NCBI GenBank assembly: GCA_964016885.1
Contig: OZ024740.1
Location: 203,422,001-203,486,000 of the forward strand
From: Eledone cirrhosa
Taxonomy: Eukaryota
Direction of reading: 5' to 3'
DNA: 64,000 nt
The translations under genes were made by a program, and so were the position numbers. A model generated the notes under the pieces. That model saw only the letters and a list, made by a program, of their open reading frames with translations, did no database searches and was not told the DNA's origin. Positions 38,768 through 52,125 of this stretch are shown here, piece after piece. Numbering within the stretch: the stretch's first letter is position 1; each line of letters starts with the position of its first letter.

Positions 38768-39702
38768 TATATATGTAGATAGATAGTGAGAGAGTTAATG
38801 TAGAGTAGAGGACTTATTAGTTTTGTTGAGGATATGACAAACACTTCAGTACCAGTTCCTTGGATAAAATACACCAAAAACCATTTTTAAGATGTTTGTG
38901 TTGGATGTGGTCCTTCAACTCATGTAGAAGGGCAGTAACTCTGAATAATAACTGACTCACACCATACTAGCAGGAAAAGTAGACATAAATTGATGATGGT
39001 GATCATTAGTGTTAACTATAGCATTAATGATAGCTGATTTCAGGTTCAACTTTTATTAAGTTTTCACTTCATTTGCCATTTAATTATTTTAATTATCCTT
39101 TCTCACAAATAAATGGAATCTTTTATTGTTTTGGTGGGATTTTAGTTGATCATATTGATCCAATTACATATTTTAAGTTTAGTATTTATCAATTACCTGT
39201 TTCTTAAACCACTAAGTTATGGGACATAAACACTGGTACAAATTCAAACACAGGCACAGATGTGCACATATACACACACCCACATGACTACTAAATTCCA
39301 TTGAGATGGCATTGGTCAACCAGGGGCTATAGTAGAAGACACTTGTCCAAGGTGCTATACAGTGGGACTGAACCTGGAATCACATTGCTGTAAAGCAAAT
39401 CCCTTAATTATACAGTTATGCCTGCATCTAGGATTATTACATGGAGAATAAATGAACAGGTTTATTTATTAAGATTTTTAAAAAATAGGAAGAAGCCACA
39501 ATATTTGTTTCAACCTGTTTTTCCACATGGGTAAGAAAGAGATTACTTTGAATAGTCACTACTGGATTATTTTTATCTCTAATAACATCAACAAAGAAGC
39601 TCATAATTTCAAATCCTTTATTGATTATAATTTCAATAACTGCCCTGTTGCTCTTCACTAGTGTTACTCTTTCATATATATTTCCTCCCATATTCTCTAT
39701 AG

Positions 39703-41344
39703 TCTATATATTAATTTCAACAATGTCAGTATTCCGTGTATCATAATTCTTGATTATCATTGGTTCATAGGTTTCAAACGACTCCGCCCACCTCAACGAC
39801 GCCAAACTTAAATTAATATGCATAATGTCAATGAGGGAGTGAGAGGGGAGAGTAAGAAACGAAGGCAAAGTGAACGCTGTAACTATTACCATGTGTGCGT
39901 GTGTATGTATGTGTGTGTGCGTGCATGCAGCGTTCCACAGAAAGTAAAAGCAATTCGACTTTATCAAACAGTGAACTACAGCGGGGACGGCGTGCAGCCA
40001 GGAATGAAGAAAAATGGGCCGAACAGCGCCATTGGAATGCCAAACTTCAGAGGCGAAGACGTGCTGCCATGAATGAAGAGGAGCTGGCTGAACAACGCCA
40101 ACGAAACACTGGAGCCAAGCAGCGACGGCGTGCTGCGATGGTTGAAGACGAACTGGCTGAGCATCATCATTTATATTAATTATCTATATCTATATCTACA
40201 TATAATATAAAAAATTGGAACTTCCATCATCCTTTTGAGAAACGTGGAACAACCATGTCTATGCAATGATACACGTTTTACAGCCAGACAGAAGATGAAC
40301 CATCTAGGTGGGAATACCTAGAATTGTTCATATACTATGCACAAACGGTACAACAAAGAATCTGGTATGTCTGGAAGATTTCTTTTACTGTTTTTTGTAT
40401 TACACAGACACCACGGACTCACCTCATACTGTAACCAGACAAACATCCGATACAGTCATTTTCTCTTTTACCTGTCTTCTCTTATCATCTGGGTACATCA
40501 GCTAGTCTATATATTAATTTCAACAACGTCATTATTCCGTGTGCCATAATTCTTGATTATCATTGGTTCATAGGTTTCAAACGACTCCGCCCACCTCAAC
40601 GATGCCAAACTTAAATTAATATGCATAATGCCAGTGAGAGGGGTGAGAGAGGCAAGGTGAATGCTGTGTTTGGATACACTATGTATATGTGTCAGTGTAG
40701 AGACATGTGTGTGTGTGGAAATAAGAGGGGAAGGAAAGCAATAACTATTAACATGTGCGTGCACGTATGTTTATGTGTGTGTGCGTGCAGCGTTCCACAG
40801 AAGTAAAAACTATCATCATGTGTGCGTGCGTGTGCGCATTTCCATGCTTGTATGTGTGTGTACGTGCGGCATCCCACAATCACCACGCAGTTTATCTGTC
40901 TGTGTGCCTGTCTGTCAGTCTAACATACACAGAGTTGTGAAGGGAGTAAATAGGGACCTTTTTTTACATTGACGGACATCTTTTATATTAATTATCTATA
41001 TCTACATATAATATAAAAGATTGGAACTTCCGTCATCCTTTTGAGAAACGTGGAACAACCACGTCTATGCAATGATACACGTTTTACAGTCAGACAGAAG
41101 ATGAACCATCTCCTAGAGGTCACTATTCTAGGTGGGAGCACCTAGAATTGTTCATATACTATGCACAAACGGTACAACGAAGAATCTGGTATATCTGGAA
41201 GATTTTTTTTACTGTTTTTTTGTATCACACACCACGGACTCACCTCATACTGTAACCAGACAAATATCTAATACAGTCATTTTCTCTTTTACCTGTCTTC
41301 TCTTATCATCTGTTTACCCGGGCGAAGCTGGGTACGTCAGCTAG
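39703..41344 (+). mobile_element. Head-to-tail dimer of a non-autonomous Helitron (39703-40505, 40506-41344)
   Basis: Units start TCTATATA and end CAGCTAG. A subterminal hairpin CCCGGGCGAAGCTGGG is present in unit 2. Relics of the helicase C-terminus (GTTKNLVY) and a 23-aa Arg/Glu repeat. Confidence 0.8.
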
Positions 41345-41572
41345 TAATTACTGTTTCAACTTAATTGCAATACATGCTGAGGCAAGTTGGTTGTTCATTT
41401 AATATTAAACATTGTCACATCATTTAGTTTTAGTGATTATTAAATCAGCAACATTACTGTCTTTTAATTACATCTCTTAGATAGAACAAGCATCTTCATT
41501 ATCTCCACTTTTACATGTTTTCTCATTCTTACATGGGTTAGACAAGTCTTCTCCAGTACAGTCTCTCACTCC

Positions 41573-41626
<54 letters not shown>

Positions 41627-42730
41627 ATCTCCTTTGAGAAGTATAGTTTCTTAAAGTCAACTTCCACCACCTCTGTCCAACATCTGAAATAAATAGATCA
41701 GGATTTGAAAGGACCTGTAGCTAAATGCTACAGATGTCTGCCCTCTGCTGGCTCAGTTTCTCACCAATAATGGTTTTAACAATGTTGGTGACTATATCAA
41801 GGTGGTTGATTTGGTAGTCATTAGAGTGTTCGATATTTGTTCCAACTCTCTATGCTCTGAGTTTAAATCCTGTTGAAGTTCACTTTACCTTTCACCTCTT
41901 TGGGGTCAATAAAGAAAGGATCAGCTCAGTGCTGGTGTAGCCCTCTCTCCTTCTGGCTGTCACATCCTGGATGTTCCATTGGATGAAGGGATGGAGGAGG
42001 AGTGGTCGAGAAGTATCTATGTCTGCTCACAACTGCATGATCACTTTAGCAGAAGTATGGTACTATATGGGCATGAAAGCATAGTATATACTACCAAGTA
42101 CTACTCGATTGCAAGTGGTAGCCTTAGTTTTTTGTGTTTTCTTTTAAGTATGTATATATGTAACTAGAAATTCTATCATATATAGTTCTGCTGAGACAAG
42201 TTAAACTGAATGACTTGCACAGGTATTGTTGGTGTTTAGGTTACTCTAGCTTAACATTTAGGGCAATCTCAAAAGTTAATCATACCTTATAATCTGTTGC
42301 TATTCCTAATATCTAGTTGATACCTATTTTATCTACTCCAAGTTGATTTAACCCTCCTGATACTGAACCATGCCAGGTTTTATTATTGTTTGTTTTAAAG
42401 TGTTCATATTTAAATTAAACTCTTAACATCCTGTACCACATGAAACATCATATCTTTTTCTCTCTGAGCAATACTCCACTCAATCACCAAACAATTCTCA
42501 TTAGTTTTGTCTTTCTTCCTTATGGGGTTGATAAAATAAAGCATTAGTAATGCACTGGGGTAATTGCTGGCCTTGTGCCCAAAGTAGAAACAATTATTTA
42601 TCTGAAATTTGAAAAGTAAGTTAAAAAGGTCGTTACATAAAATGATGGTAGATTTTTGGATAAATATGAACACAGGCAATTTTAATAAAAAGAATGATAG
42701 ATAAATTCTGTTCTCATCAGAAGAAATAGT

Positions 42731-42954
42731 TTAACCCATTGATTACCATACTGCCTTTAATTTTGAAAATAATCAAGAATTTGGAGGAATTTAGTAAAAT
42801 AACATTATTAAGCTGGTATTTATAACAATTTAGCAAAGGGTCTTACATAAAATTATGATGGAATGTTTTAGATAAATATAAACACTTTAAAATAAACAGC
42901 TTTGTATTGTAGAACCAGGAGCAATTTCAGGCGGTTAGGTATCAAAAGGGTTAA
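42731..42954 (+). mobile_element. piggyBac-like MITE, complete copy
   Basis: TTAA-CCCATTGAT ... ATCAAAAGGG-TTAA. Related copies at about 3.1, 12.8, 19.0, 35.6, 45.3, 47.5, 56.5 and 61.9 kb. Confidence 0.75.
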
Positions 42955-42980
42955 TCAGAATTTTATTTCCTTATGATAAT

Positions 42981-43162
42981 TGTTTCTACTTTTGGCACAA
43001 GGCCAGCAATTACCCAGTACATTACTGGTACTTTATTTTATTGACCCCGTATGAATGAAAGACAAAGTTAACCTCGGTGAGATTTGAACTCAGATCGTAA
43101 AGGGACGTAACTATGCTGGAAAGCATGTTCAACCCTCTACCGATACTGCCAATTCACTGCCC
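42981..43162 (-). mobile_element. tRNA-SINE family B, full length with 18-bp TSD
   Basis: TTATTTCCTTATGATAAT at 42963-42980 and 43163-43180 flanks a copy of the 3.2-kb SINE. Confidence 0.85.
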
Positions 43163-43183
43163 TTATTTCCTTATGATAATGAA

Positions 43184-43776
43184 GATTATTGTGTACAGTG
43201 GTCAGGTGCACTACAACTCATCAAAGGTGTATGTATAGTACATAGAATAATGTACAAATGTCAAGAAAGTGAACAGTGTATGAGTCATGATATACACACA
43301 CACACATGCATGCGTGTGTATGGGGGAGAAATATCAGGTTTAGTGCTGGCAAATTTCGGGAAGTTTTGAAGGATGCAGTGTCCTGACAGCTAACAACCGA
43401 TGCAGGTAGTTTATTCCATGCTTCAGCGACTCTGACCACGAAAAGATGTTTCCGATGGGAGCTGTGCTGTTTTCTGACTTCATTGGTATGCCCACGGGTG
43501 TTAGACACATGGAATTCAAAAAGGTGCTCAGGGTTGTTGTTGGCAAGATGGTTAATAATTTTGTTGGTGTTTACCAAGTCAGTTGCCAGACGTTGGAACT
43601 TTAATGTATCCATGCTCAGGGAGACAAGACATTCAGAGTATAGTAGATGCCTGATGGAGGGTATTTGCTTGGTTGCACATCTCTGAACAGTTTCCAGGAG
43701 GTTAATATTCTGAGCAAGACAAAGGTTCCAAACTGGTGATGCAAATTCTAAGTGTGGTCACACTATAGCTATATAC
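43184..43776 (-). mobile_element. CR1-clade LINE 3' fragment
   Basis: RPHLEFASPVWN..LETVQRCATK..SNTRGH..RKHLF..RVAEAWNKLP; same 3' UTR as 15915-16232. Confidence 0.85.
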
Positions 43777-43843
43777 ATAGACACTGTCTTTGTTGTGTTA
43801 TCTATTATGTTCTAAACTTAACCATATTTTGGTGTTTGCAGGT

Positions 43844-43956
43844 ATGAAACGTGCTATTTCTGCAATTATGGAAGCAAATCAAATAGAAGATGAGGAAAAA
43901 TCCAAATCTCCTCTCAACCCAGACGAAGTTGCTGCAATTGCTGCTATAAGTGATGA
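43844..43956 (+). CDS. GABPA: GA-binding protein alpha, coding exon 1 (MKRAISAIMEANQIEDEEK...)
   Basis: Acceptor TTTGCAG|GT ATG, donor GA|GTAATT in phase 2, in frame with the next exon. Resembles the human MTKREAEELIEIE start. Confidence 0.75.
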
Positions 43957-44952
43957 GTAATTATTCTTTTACTATTTTAACATTTTCATTTCAGTCAAAG
44001 AATTAAAACATTATTCTGAATGTTCAGTTCACAACGGTGCCATTTGTTTATGTCCTTCAGCTTAGTGATTTGACAAAAGTCAATGGGATAAATATCTTAA
44101 AAACAAAGTATAGCTGTAGAATAATGTCTAAAAAAAAATCCAACCCTTGTCAGCATGGAAAAGCAGACTTAGCAACAATGATGTTGATTTCTCAATCAGT
44201 GTATAAACTAAGCTAAATCATTATCAGAAAATAGTGTTTTTATATGCGACTCTCTTTCATTAGATTGAATTAATTAGTAAGAAATGAAAACTTCATCTAT
44301 ATTTTGTGCTTAATTAGTTAATGTTCCTTTCTTTTCAGATTGATATTAATTGTTTTGTGACCATGTTTTTAATGTAATGTACTCTATTTCAATTAATTAA
44401 TGAAGAATTTTAAGGGACTTACTAAAATTATTTATTTCATTACTAAAATAGTAACTGAATATCAAATTGTGTTGGAAGATTTTAATTTAAATAGGAATCC
44501 ATTAAAATGAGTGGTTTTATTTTGTAGAGCCAGAGGTAGTTTTAGCTGGATTTGCATCAAAAAGACTAATCTGTGTGTCTGGTTTAGAATAGGTAACTAT
44601 ATTCCTGCATGTTGTGAGAGGCATCTAAAAGGATTGACTCCAAGAAGTGCATCCAGCCATAAGATGCTTCAAAAAGGACACCGTGATGAGTATGAATCCT
44701 ATAATGAGGCCTGCAAGGCTAACCCCAGTGTTAGTAGCGGAAAAGCAATCTTAACTCTTTTGATACCACCCCAGCTATAACCTGCTGATTCGTATTCAAA
44801 TTAAAATCTTCCAACATAAATATTATATAGGAACCATATGTTAAGTTACTATCTTGCTTAATAATGAAATAATTAATAATTTTAGTAGACACTTCAATTA
44901 CTAATTAAAATGTTGTTTATTGTATTAATTACTTTGTCAACTTTCTCCATAG

Positions 44953-45124
44953 GGTTGTTCTTGAAGAAGAAATCATCCATGAACACCCCCCTCCCCAATA
45001 CCAGAATTTAGTCATTCAACATATGGACATTGCAGAACCCCTCTCCACATTGAAGCGACTTCTTGAAATCCGTTTACAGTGTTCTCTTGCAGAACATAGT
45101 TTTTTCCTCCAAGACACAATTTTG
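44953..45124 (+). CDS. GABPA: GABPA coding exon 2 (OST domain)
   Basis: QHMDIAEPLSTLKRLLEIRLQCSLAEHSFFLQD resembles human QAIDINEPIGNLKKLLEPRLQCSLDAHEICLQD. CCATAG acceptor, GTATGT donor. Confidence 0.93.
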
Positions 45125-46625
45125 GTATGTCATCTTTTTACATGTGTGTTATATATCATCATCATCATCATCACTGTTTTACATCTGTTTTCCTTGTTGG
45201 TTAGGTGGGTTGTCATGATCTGAAACCAAACTGGTCTGAAGATCACATCTCACTCATATGCTGCATTTTGACTAGGTTTCTACAGCTAGATCCCTTTCTT
45301 AACATATGTAAACACTTTAACTTGTTCGTTATCATATGTTTAATGAAAGGCACTGCCTATGATTTTCAAATAATTTTGAAAATGATGAAGAATTTGGAAA
45401 GATTTATTAATATAACAAATTTTCTCATTTAGATGATATTTAGAACATAACACAGGTTTTTACATGGGGTAAAGTGTAGTTGATTATATTAACCCCAGAA
45501 CCCCAGAAAGCTGTTAGGCAATGTTAACTTTGGTAGGATTTGAACTTAAAATATTGATAGACATAATTAAATTCTAGAAAACATTTTCTTCACTAGTCTA
45601 CTGATTCTGCCCAAAGTAATAATTAACTAATAGTTAGGCTTGTGTAAAACTGGAAATAGGCTCATGACAAATGTAAAATGTAGACCTCTGAAGCTAGTAA
45701 TGGACTCTAGTCAGGTGTAAAATGAAGAACCCTAAAACTGTAATAGGCACCTTTTTAAACTACTAATTAAGTATTTTCGTAATCAGTGCAAAATACACGT
45801 TTTATGTTTGTGATACAGGTATATATATGTACATGATTTATCATACTTACAAGTATCAGAACTAGAATTTGATGTACGCCCCCACAAAATCAGGTACATG
45901 TCAACTGGACTACCTGTACCCACCTCTGTTCTTGCCCTCTAATAGTAACATAATTTCTACTTTAGACACAAGGCCAGCAGTTTTGTCGGATGAAGAAAGT
46001 TGATTAAATTTACTCCAGCATTTGACTGGTGTTTTATTTTATCAACCCCAGAAGGATGAAAGGCAAAGTAGAACTTGGTGGGATTTGAACTAAGAACATA
46101 AAGGGCTGAAACTAAATGCTGCAAAGCATTTTGTCCAATTTTCTAATGATTCTACCAATTGGCCACTGTCTTGCTACTCATCATCATCACTATTTAATGT
46201 CTATTTTCCATACTTGCATGGGTTATATAGGGTGTCACATTCTGAGGCTTAACCAGTCAGGTGACTGTCTTTATCATACATACTGTTTTGGCCTTGGTTT
46301 CTACAAATAGATGCCCTTTATAATGGAAACAACTTGATGAGGATGACTAGGTTCATTTATTGTGGCAGCAGCACTACTACTTAATAGTGTAGATTGAGTG
46401 CTTTTACTTGTGACACTAATACTATCAATTTGCACAGTAACCTGAGTGGTTACAACTACTTTGCAGAGTGGACTGGGTGCTTCTTATCTTGGCACCAGCA
46501 CTACCACTTTACAGAGTGGACTGGGTGCTTTTCTTCTTGGCACCAGCACAACCACTTTATAGAAAGAACTTGGTGGTTATGATAAATAATAGTTTATTAA
46601 ATGTTAGTAATCTTTATTATTACAG

Positions 46626-46710
46626 TTGGACAGCAACAAAAGTTTAGTGGAACAATGTGTTCAAGGTGAAGGTATGGTTCAAATTAACCTGGAAGTAAAA
46701 TCACAACCTG
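46626..46710 (+). CDS. GABPA: GABPA coding exon 3 (OST domain)
   Basis: LDSNKSLVEQCVQGEGMVQINLEVKSQP; TACAG acceptor, GTAAGT donor; 85 nt, phase 0 to 1. Confidence 0.93.
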
Positions 46711-46771
46711 GTAAGTAAACAGTTTGTTTTTTCAACAGTATCATCATAATCAGCATCATCATTGTCATCAC

Positions 46772-46803
<32 letters not shown>

Positions 46804-47737
46804 CCACCACTACCAAGAACATCATTGTGATTTCTACATGTTTTTCTATGCTGGCTGAGGTTGAATGAGGCTTTCTTGAGGCAATGTTCTATGGCCTTCA
46901 AGACGCATGGTAGATCTTTTTTAGACATATTTTAGGGAAAAAATAGCACCTTAGAATTAAATATATATTATTTTCTTTATTGGACATTTCCTTAATTTTT
47001 ACTTCCATCATATCTACATTTCATCTTTAAAGATGAATGAAACCAATAAGCTTCACAGTGTATCTTGCTACATATCTGGGTGTGGCTTATAAAAACTTAA
47101 ATTCCTTCAAGATATGTCTGTTATTTCAGTTATTTTTAGAATTAGTTTTGATATATGTAATCATATGAACTAGATAAGACTTTTTGAGGCAGATTTCTAG
47201 AGCTGGGTTCCCTTTTTGATGCCATCCCTTACTTCCTTTTGAGGGAAGTACACATCTATGCACATTGATCCTCTGAGCTGTGTAAGTATCACCAAATGGT
47301 GTCATTTCAAAGCAAAGTCCCACAGAAATAAATGTACAATCATGCACATGCACATTATATATCAGGTTTTGTAGGCCCTCCAGAGAGATTGATATTGTTG
47401 TTCTGTTTAACTGTTGCAAGTCAAAGCTTGTAGGAAAAACATGTATTAATTTCCTGAGACATTATATCAGAATTGTAAGATTTGTTTGTAAATGGATGAT
47501 TTTAATTTTGTGTTTGTGTTATTCATGGTAATATTGAAAATATTTTAACCCATTCATCACCATTTTTTTCTAATGAAAGACTACTTATTTTCAAATAATC
47601 TTGAAAATAATCATGAATTTGGAAAGATTTAATAATATAACTGACTTTTTCTTAATTAATTTGGTGTTTGGTACTTATCAAAAGTTCTTACTTAAAATTA
47701 TTATGGAAGGTTTTTGGATGAATATAAATACTTCAAA

Positions 47738-47954
47738 TTAACTCTTTAGTATTTAAACCAGCCATATCCAAACAGAATTTTTTTCTCCCATTTCTGTTCA
47801 AACCAGCTGTAACCAGCCACGCATACTTATGTTAACGTATTTTTCTCAAAATAAATAATATCAAAATCTTGTAGATTTGATATTATGTGAGGTAAAGCCT
47901 TTACCTTGAAAATATGATAGTAAATATAGAGTAATGTAAATGCTAAAGGGTTAA
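47738..47954. mobile_element. Second piggyBac-like MITE nested in a first-family MITE (about 47545-48013)
   Basis: TTAA-CTCTTTAGTATTTA ... TAAATGCTAAAGGG-TTAA; the host MITE sequence resumes on both sides. Confidence 0.7.
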
Positions 47955-48087
47955 ACAGCATTGTATGATATAACCAGAGGTGTTTTCTGGTGATTTGTTA
48001 TCAAAAGATTTAATATTTCATTAATAGTAAGATCCAAGAATTGTTAACGATGGCAGTAATAGTTTTACTTTTAAATTCTGTTTTCAG

Positions 48088-48297
48088 GCACAAAACCCAA
48101 GATTAATATTTTGGACATCTTAAAACCTGCTGAAGAAGTACTTCCACCCCCCAGTATACCAGAACCTGCCCAGGCAGTTCAGCAGCCACAGGCCACAAAA
48201 GTGGTTATTCCATTGCCAGAAGAATCTGAAAATGTTACAAGATGGATTGTAGATCAAAATTTCAGGAGAGAACAAGAAAGACTTAAAATACCCCGAG
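48088..48297 (+). CDS. GABPA: GABPA coding exon 4
   Basis: GTKPKINILDILKPAEE...VTRWIVDQNFRREQERLKIP resembles human EPKLNILEIVKPAD...YRKEQERLGIP. TTTCAG acceptor, GTAAGT donor. Confidence 0.94.
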
Positions 48298-48995
48298 GTA
48301 AGTCTTTCTAACAATGTAATCTTGGTTACATACCTTTAAAATACCTCATGGTGTTATGTATAACACTGTACTGTTATTACATCTGTACTACCATTCTATT
48401 ATGGCTGGTCGTACTATATGTACCGTAGACAGCAAATTGGCAGTCGTTAGGTCAAATAGGATGCTTTGCGGTATTCATTCCGTCTCTATGTTCTCTGAGT
48501 TCATATCCTGCCACGGTCAATGCTTTTGAAGTAAATAAAAAAAAAAGTATCACTCTAGTACTAGGGTCGATTCTTCCTCTGTATCTCTTTCCAGCTTTCT
48601 TCTTCTCACTCTCTATCCTTCTCTGGAAGAATCTGCTGTGTTCAGACTTAGAGAGAAGATAGGCTCCAACAGGTTTCAAAAATTCCCAAGAAACGCCATA
48701 TGTTAATATGGCACCCCTAAAATTCCACCAGGAATATATACAGGTCCTTATATACATTACATGTATATATGGATTGTATAAAACCTGCCAGATACAGTCC
48801 TATACGAGCGAGACACAGTCACCTGATCAATCTTGCCTCAAGTGGGATAATTTCTGTCTAACCCATGCTAGCGTGGAAGATAAACGTTAAACGATGATGA
48901 TGATGATGATGTACCACTGTACTGTTATTTGGTTATGTCTAGTTCTAATACATGTACATCCCCCTCCCCCCCTCCCCCCATTCTGTTATTTGTAG

Positions 48996-49208
48996 ATCCT
49001 GCTCAATGGTCTGAAGTCCATGTCCGTCATTGGATACAGTGGGCCTGCAGAGAATTTCACTTAGAAGGAGTAGATATCAACCAATTTCGACTAAATGGCA
49101 AACAGTTATGTGACTTACAGCATGAAGAATTTATTAAATACATACCATTTGATAGAAATGATATATTTTGGACACATTTGGAGCTTCTGAGGAAATGTAA
49201 ATTTGTTG
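48996..49208 (+). CDS. GABPA: GABPA coding exon 5 (Pointed/SAM domain)
   Basis: DPAQWSEVHVRHWIQWACREF..LNGKQLCDL..IFWTHLELLRK; TGTAG acceptor, GTAAGT donor. Confidence 0.95.
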
Positions 49209-50018
49209 GTAAGTAGCTTTGCTTTTGTCTTTAATGCAGTCTAACTTGTCTGGTGGTTGAGACACTACCATGAGAAAACACATCCAGTACATGCATTAAG
49301 AAGGGCATCCAGCCATAGAAATCTAGCCAGAAACAGTTCTATATGAGCAAGACATGGTCACCTGACCCGACTTGCCTCTAATGGGACAACCTGTCTAACC
49401 CTTGCTAGCATGGAAAATGGATGTTAAACGATGATGATGATAGGTAAGATGCATAGCTGAGTAGTTATGGTGTTGATCTAACAATTGTAAAGTTGTGAAT
49501 TCTATTCCCTGACCGTTGCTCCAGTGCACTTAGAAAAAAATGAGTTGCACCTGTAATTCAAGGGGTCAGCTTTGTCACTCACTGTGTCATGCTGAATCTT
49601 CCTGAGAATTAAAATATTACTACACATAATTGCATGTTAATTTTATGAGCAAGCTTCTCCATTGATTGAACAACTGGGACACTCATTGTTGTAATTGTCA
49701 GAGGGCCATCATCATAATCATTTTACGTCCACTTGGCATGCGTTAGGTGTGTTGTTAAATTATGAGACCAAATGAGTTGGAGCAACCCTGTTTGCTTGTT
49801 ATGTTCTATATTTGATATAACCTCTACAGCTGGATGCCCTTTCTACCACTTTACCTACCAATTTACAGAGTGGACTGGGCACCAACACTAAAGAGGTTGT
49901 CACACATACTAGTCCATACTGAAGGGTCCTTTCAAACCATCCATTCTCTCTGTTTAATTACCAATCAGTGTAGCTAAGCTAATTAACAATTGTGTGTTTA
50001 TGTGTTCTTTTATTACAG

Positions 50019-50087
50019 CTGTTCTCCAACAACCAACTCCACATGCTATCACAACTATAACAGTTTCAACATCAGATGGTCATTCAG
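50019..50087 (+). CDS. GABPA: GABPA coding exon 6 (AVLQQPTPHAITTITVSTSDGHS)
   Basis: TTACAG acceptor, CAG|GTAAAT donor, 69 nt, phase 1 to 1, no stop codons. Confidence 0.78.
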
Positions 50088-50236
50088 GTAAATAAACATA
50101 TTCAAATTATTTCACTTACTCTAAAGCTCTTTTACCTACATTTTTTTAAATATTTGAAATGTTTGTCTGTTCCAAACATACATATATGATACCGAACTTC
50201 AGTTTTAAACAGACATGTGTTATTTAAACTTTACTT

Positions 50237-50490
50237 TTCATCATCCGGTGGCCTCAGCCGAAATGGACTCGACAATTGATCTCCACGTGGGTCTGTCGTT
50301 CATTGTTGTTGCCAAGTCCTGGATTTCAATACCAGAATCTCTGGAGATGAGATCAGGGTAGGAGAGCTTGCGCCCCCTGTTATTAGTGACTGCTTGTGAT
50401 TTCCAAAGCACTAATGGGGACACAGCCTCGTAGGTGGCACGATGGCAGTGGCCAGAAAATCTTACTCTCATCTTATATACAACGACAGAT
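50237..50490 (-). mobile_element. 3' end of a distinct RTE-like LINE family
   Basis: RFSGHCHR..LVLW..RGRKLSYPDLISRD..MNDRPTWRSIV* is a typical RTE ORF2 C-terminus but unlike the dominant family. Confidence 0.7.
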
Positions 50491-51455
50491 ATGCGTCCAC
50501 TTTGCAGTGGGAGGGGGTAGGGGCATATTGTCTATATGCTTCAGCTTTGGCTTGTTCCTGTGGGAAGTCGGGTCTTCTGTATTACTGCGTGACACCAGAG
50601 GTCACGGTCATGTGTCATTGCCCTTGAGAGGTGCAATTGGGTAAGGTCGGCTTTTATCACCTCATCTTAAGTCTTTTTGGGTCTCCCCACTCCGTGAGTG
50701 CTCTGCACCTTTTTATGCAGCTGTCATCCTTCATATGCATCACATGTCCATACCAACGTAACCTCCTCTCCTGCACACAGCATTTGATTCCTCTTATGCT
50801 CAGTCTCTCTCAATTCATTTATGTTTTGCCGTTTGCGTATATTACTATTACACATCCATCGGAGCATGCAGGCTTCGTTTCTTTCTAATCTACGCAAGTC
50901 TTCCACCTTCAGCACCCAGGTCTCAGTACCATGTAACATTGCTGTTCGTATACACGCATCATACAGTCTGCCTTTCATTTTGAGGGAAAAGCCTTTTGCA
51001 GCCAGCAGTGGCAGTAGCTCCCTGAACTTCTTCCATCCCGTTCTAACCCTAGTTATTGTACTTTCCGAACACCCACCTCCTCTGCTAATTCGGTCACCTA
51101 GGTAGCAGAAGCTGTCTACTATTTCTACAGAACCCTCCCAGAGTTTGGTGGTGCTTGTTTCCTGTGGCTGTTTGCTGTCCCAGCGCTACTGCTACATATG
51201 AAGCCTACATTCTTAGTTAAGCTTCCTGAGATCCCACTACATCACTTGTGTACCCATTGTTTGCATTTGGGGCAGAGGATGGAGTTCCTACCTACACCTT
51301 TCTTACATACTGAGCAAGGCCATTTCCCTGAGAGGATCTGGGTTCTGTTTTCTCGTCTGCTTACAAGAACCTTAGTCTTTGTCAGGTTGACTTTGAGACC
51401 CTTTCTTTCTAGTGCCTGCTTCCATGTTTGGAATTTCTTCTCCTGTTCCACCATA
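50491..51455 (-). mobile_element. Truncated RTE LINE (dominant family)
   Basis: Highly similar to 8270-9185; includes the WPCSVC..CPKC..WVHK..C..FICSSC segment. Confidence 0.88.
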
Positions 51456-51607
51456 CTATATATATATATATATGCAGAGGTTATATTTAATTTGTTGGGA
51501 TTCAACAAGCTTAAACATTTTTATAACTGATATAAAGCACTCAACAGATTAGTGGAGTAAATACACAATATATTAATAAATGGAAACTATACTTATAAAA
51601 CCATATT

Positions 51608-51673
51608 TATTTTATTATATATATTTCAAGGGCAACCAAGGCAAATTATGGTGCGCTTTCATCAGATAAAATA
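51608..51673 (-). ncRNA. Minimal type I hammerhead ribozyme in the inverted pLTR
   Basis: Minus strand: TATTTTAT-CTGATGA-AAGCGCACC..GGTTGCCCTT-GAAA-TATAT-ATA-ATAAAATA. Confidence 0.75.
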
Positions 51674-52125
51674 CAGATTTGTTTTATAAATAAATATTGA
51701 CATACCCGGAAAATAGACAACCTTAACGGTTGGAGCTTCCTGGATAGTGGAGATAATATTTTATTGAGGGTAATACAAAGTTATGAGTGAGTATGAAAAT
51801 GAGTGTCCAAAAAATTGAAAAGATACCGGTTTATTTAAATTAAACTGTTGGAAGAAGAGGATATGTAAGGGAGAGAGAAGAAAAGGAAGGAGAAAGAGAG
51901 AAGAAGAAAGAAAAAAACGATTATACATAGTGATAGTGAAGATAATCAAAGTGAACGAGGAAATAAATTTTAATGGAAGAATATACAGAACGTAAATATA
52001 TCTAAGTGAAAGAAGAAATAATATTAACGTGGAAGAATAATATTCAGAATGTAGGGTTCATTATGTTGTGATTATATTTATAATGATACGTTGAAAATTA
52101 AATATTTAAAAATATTATTTAAAAT

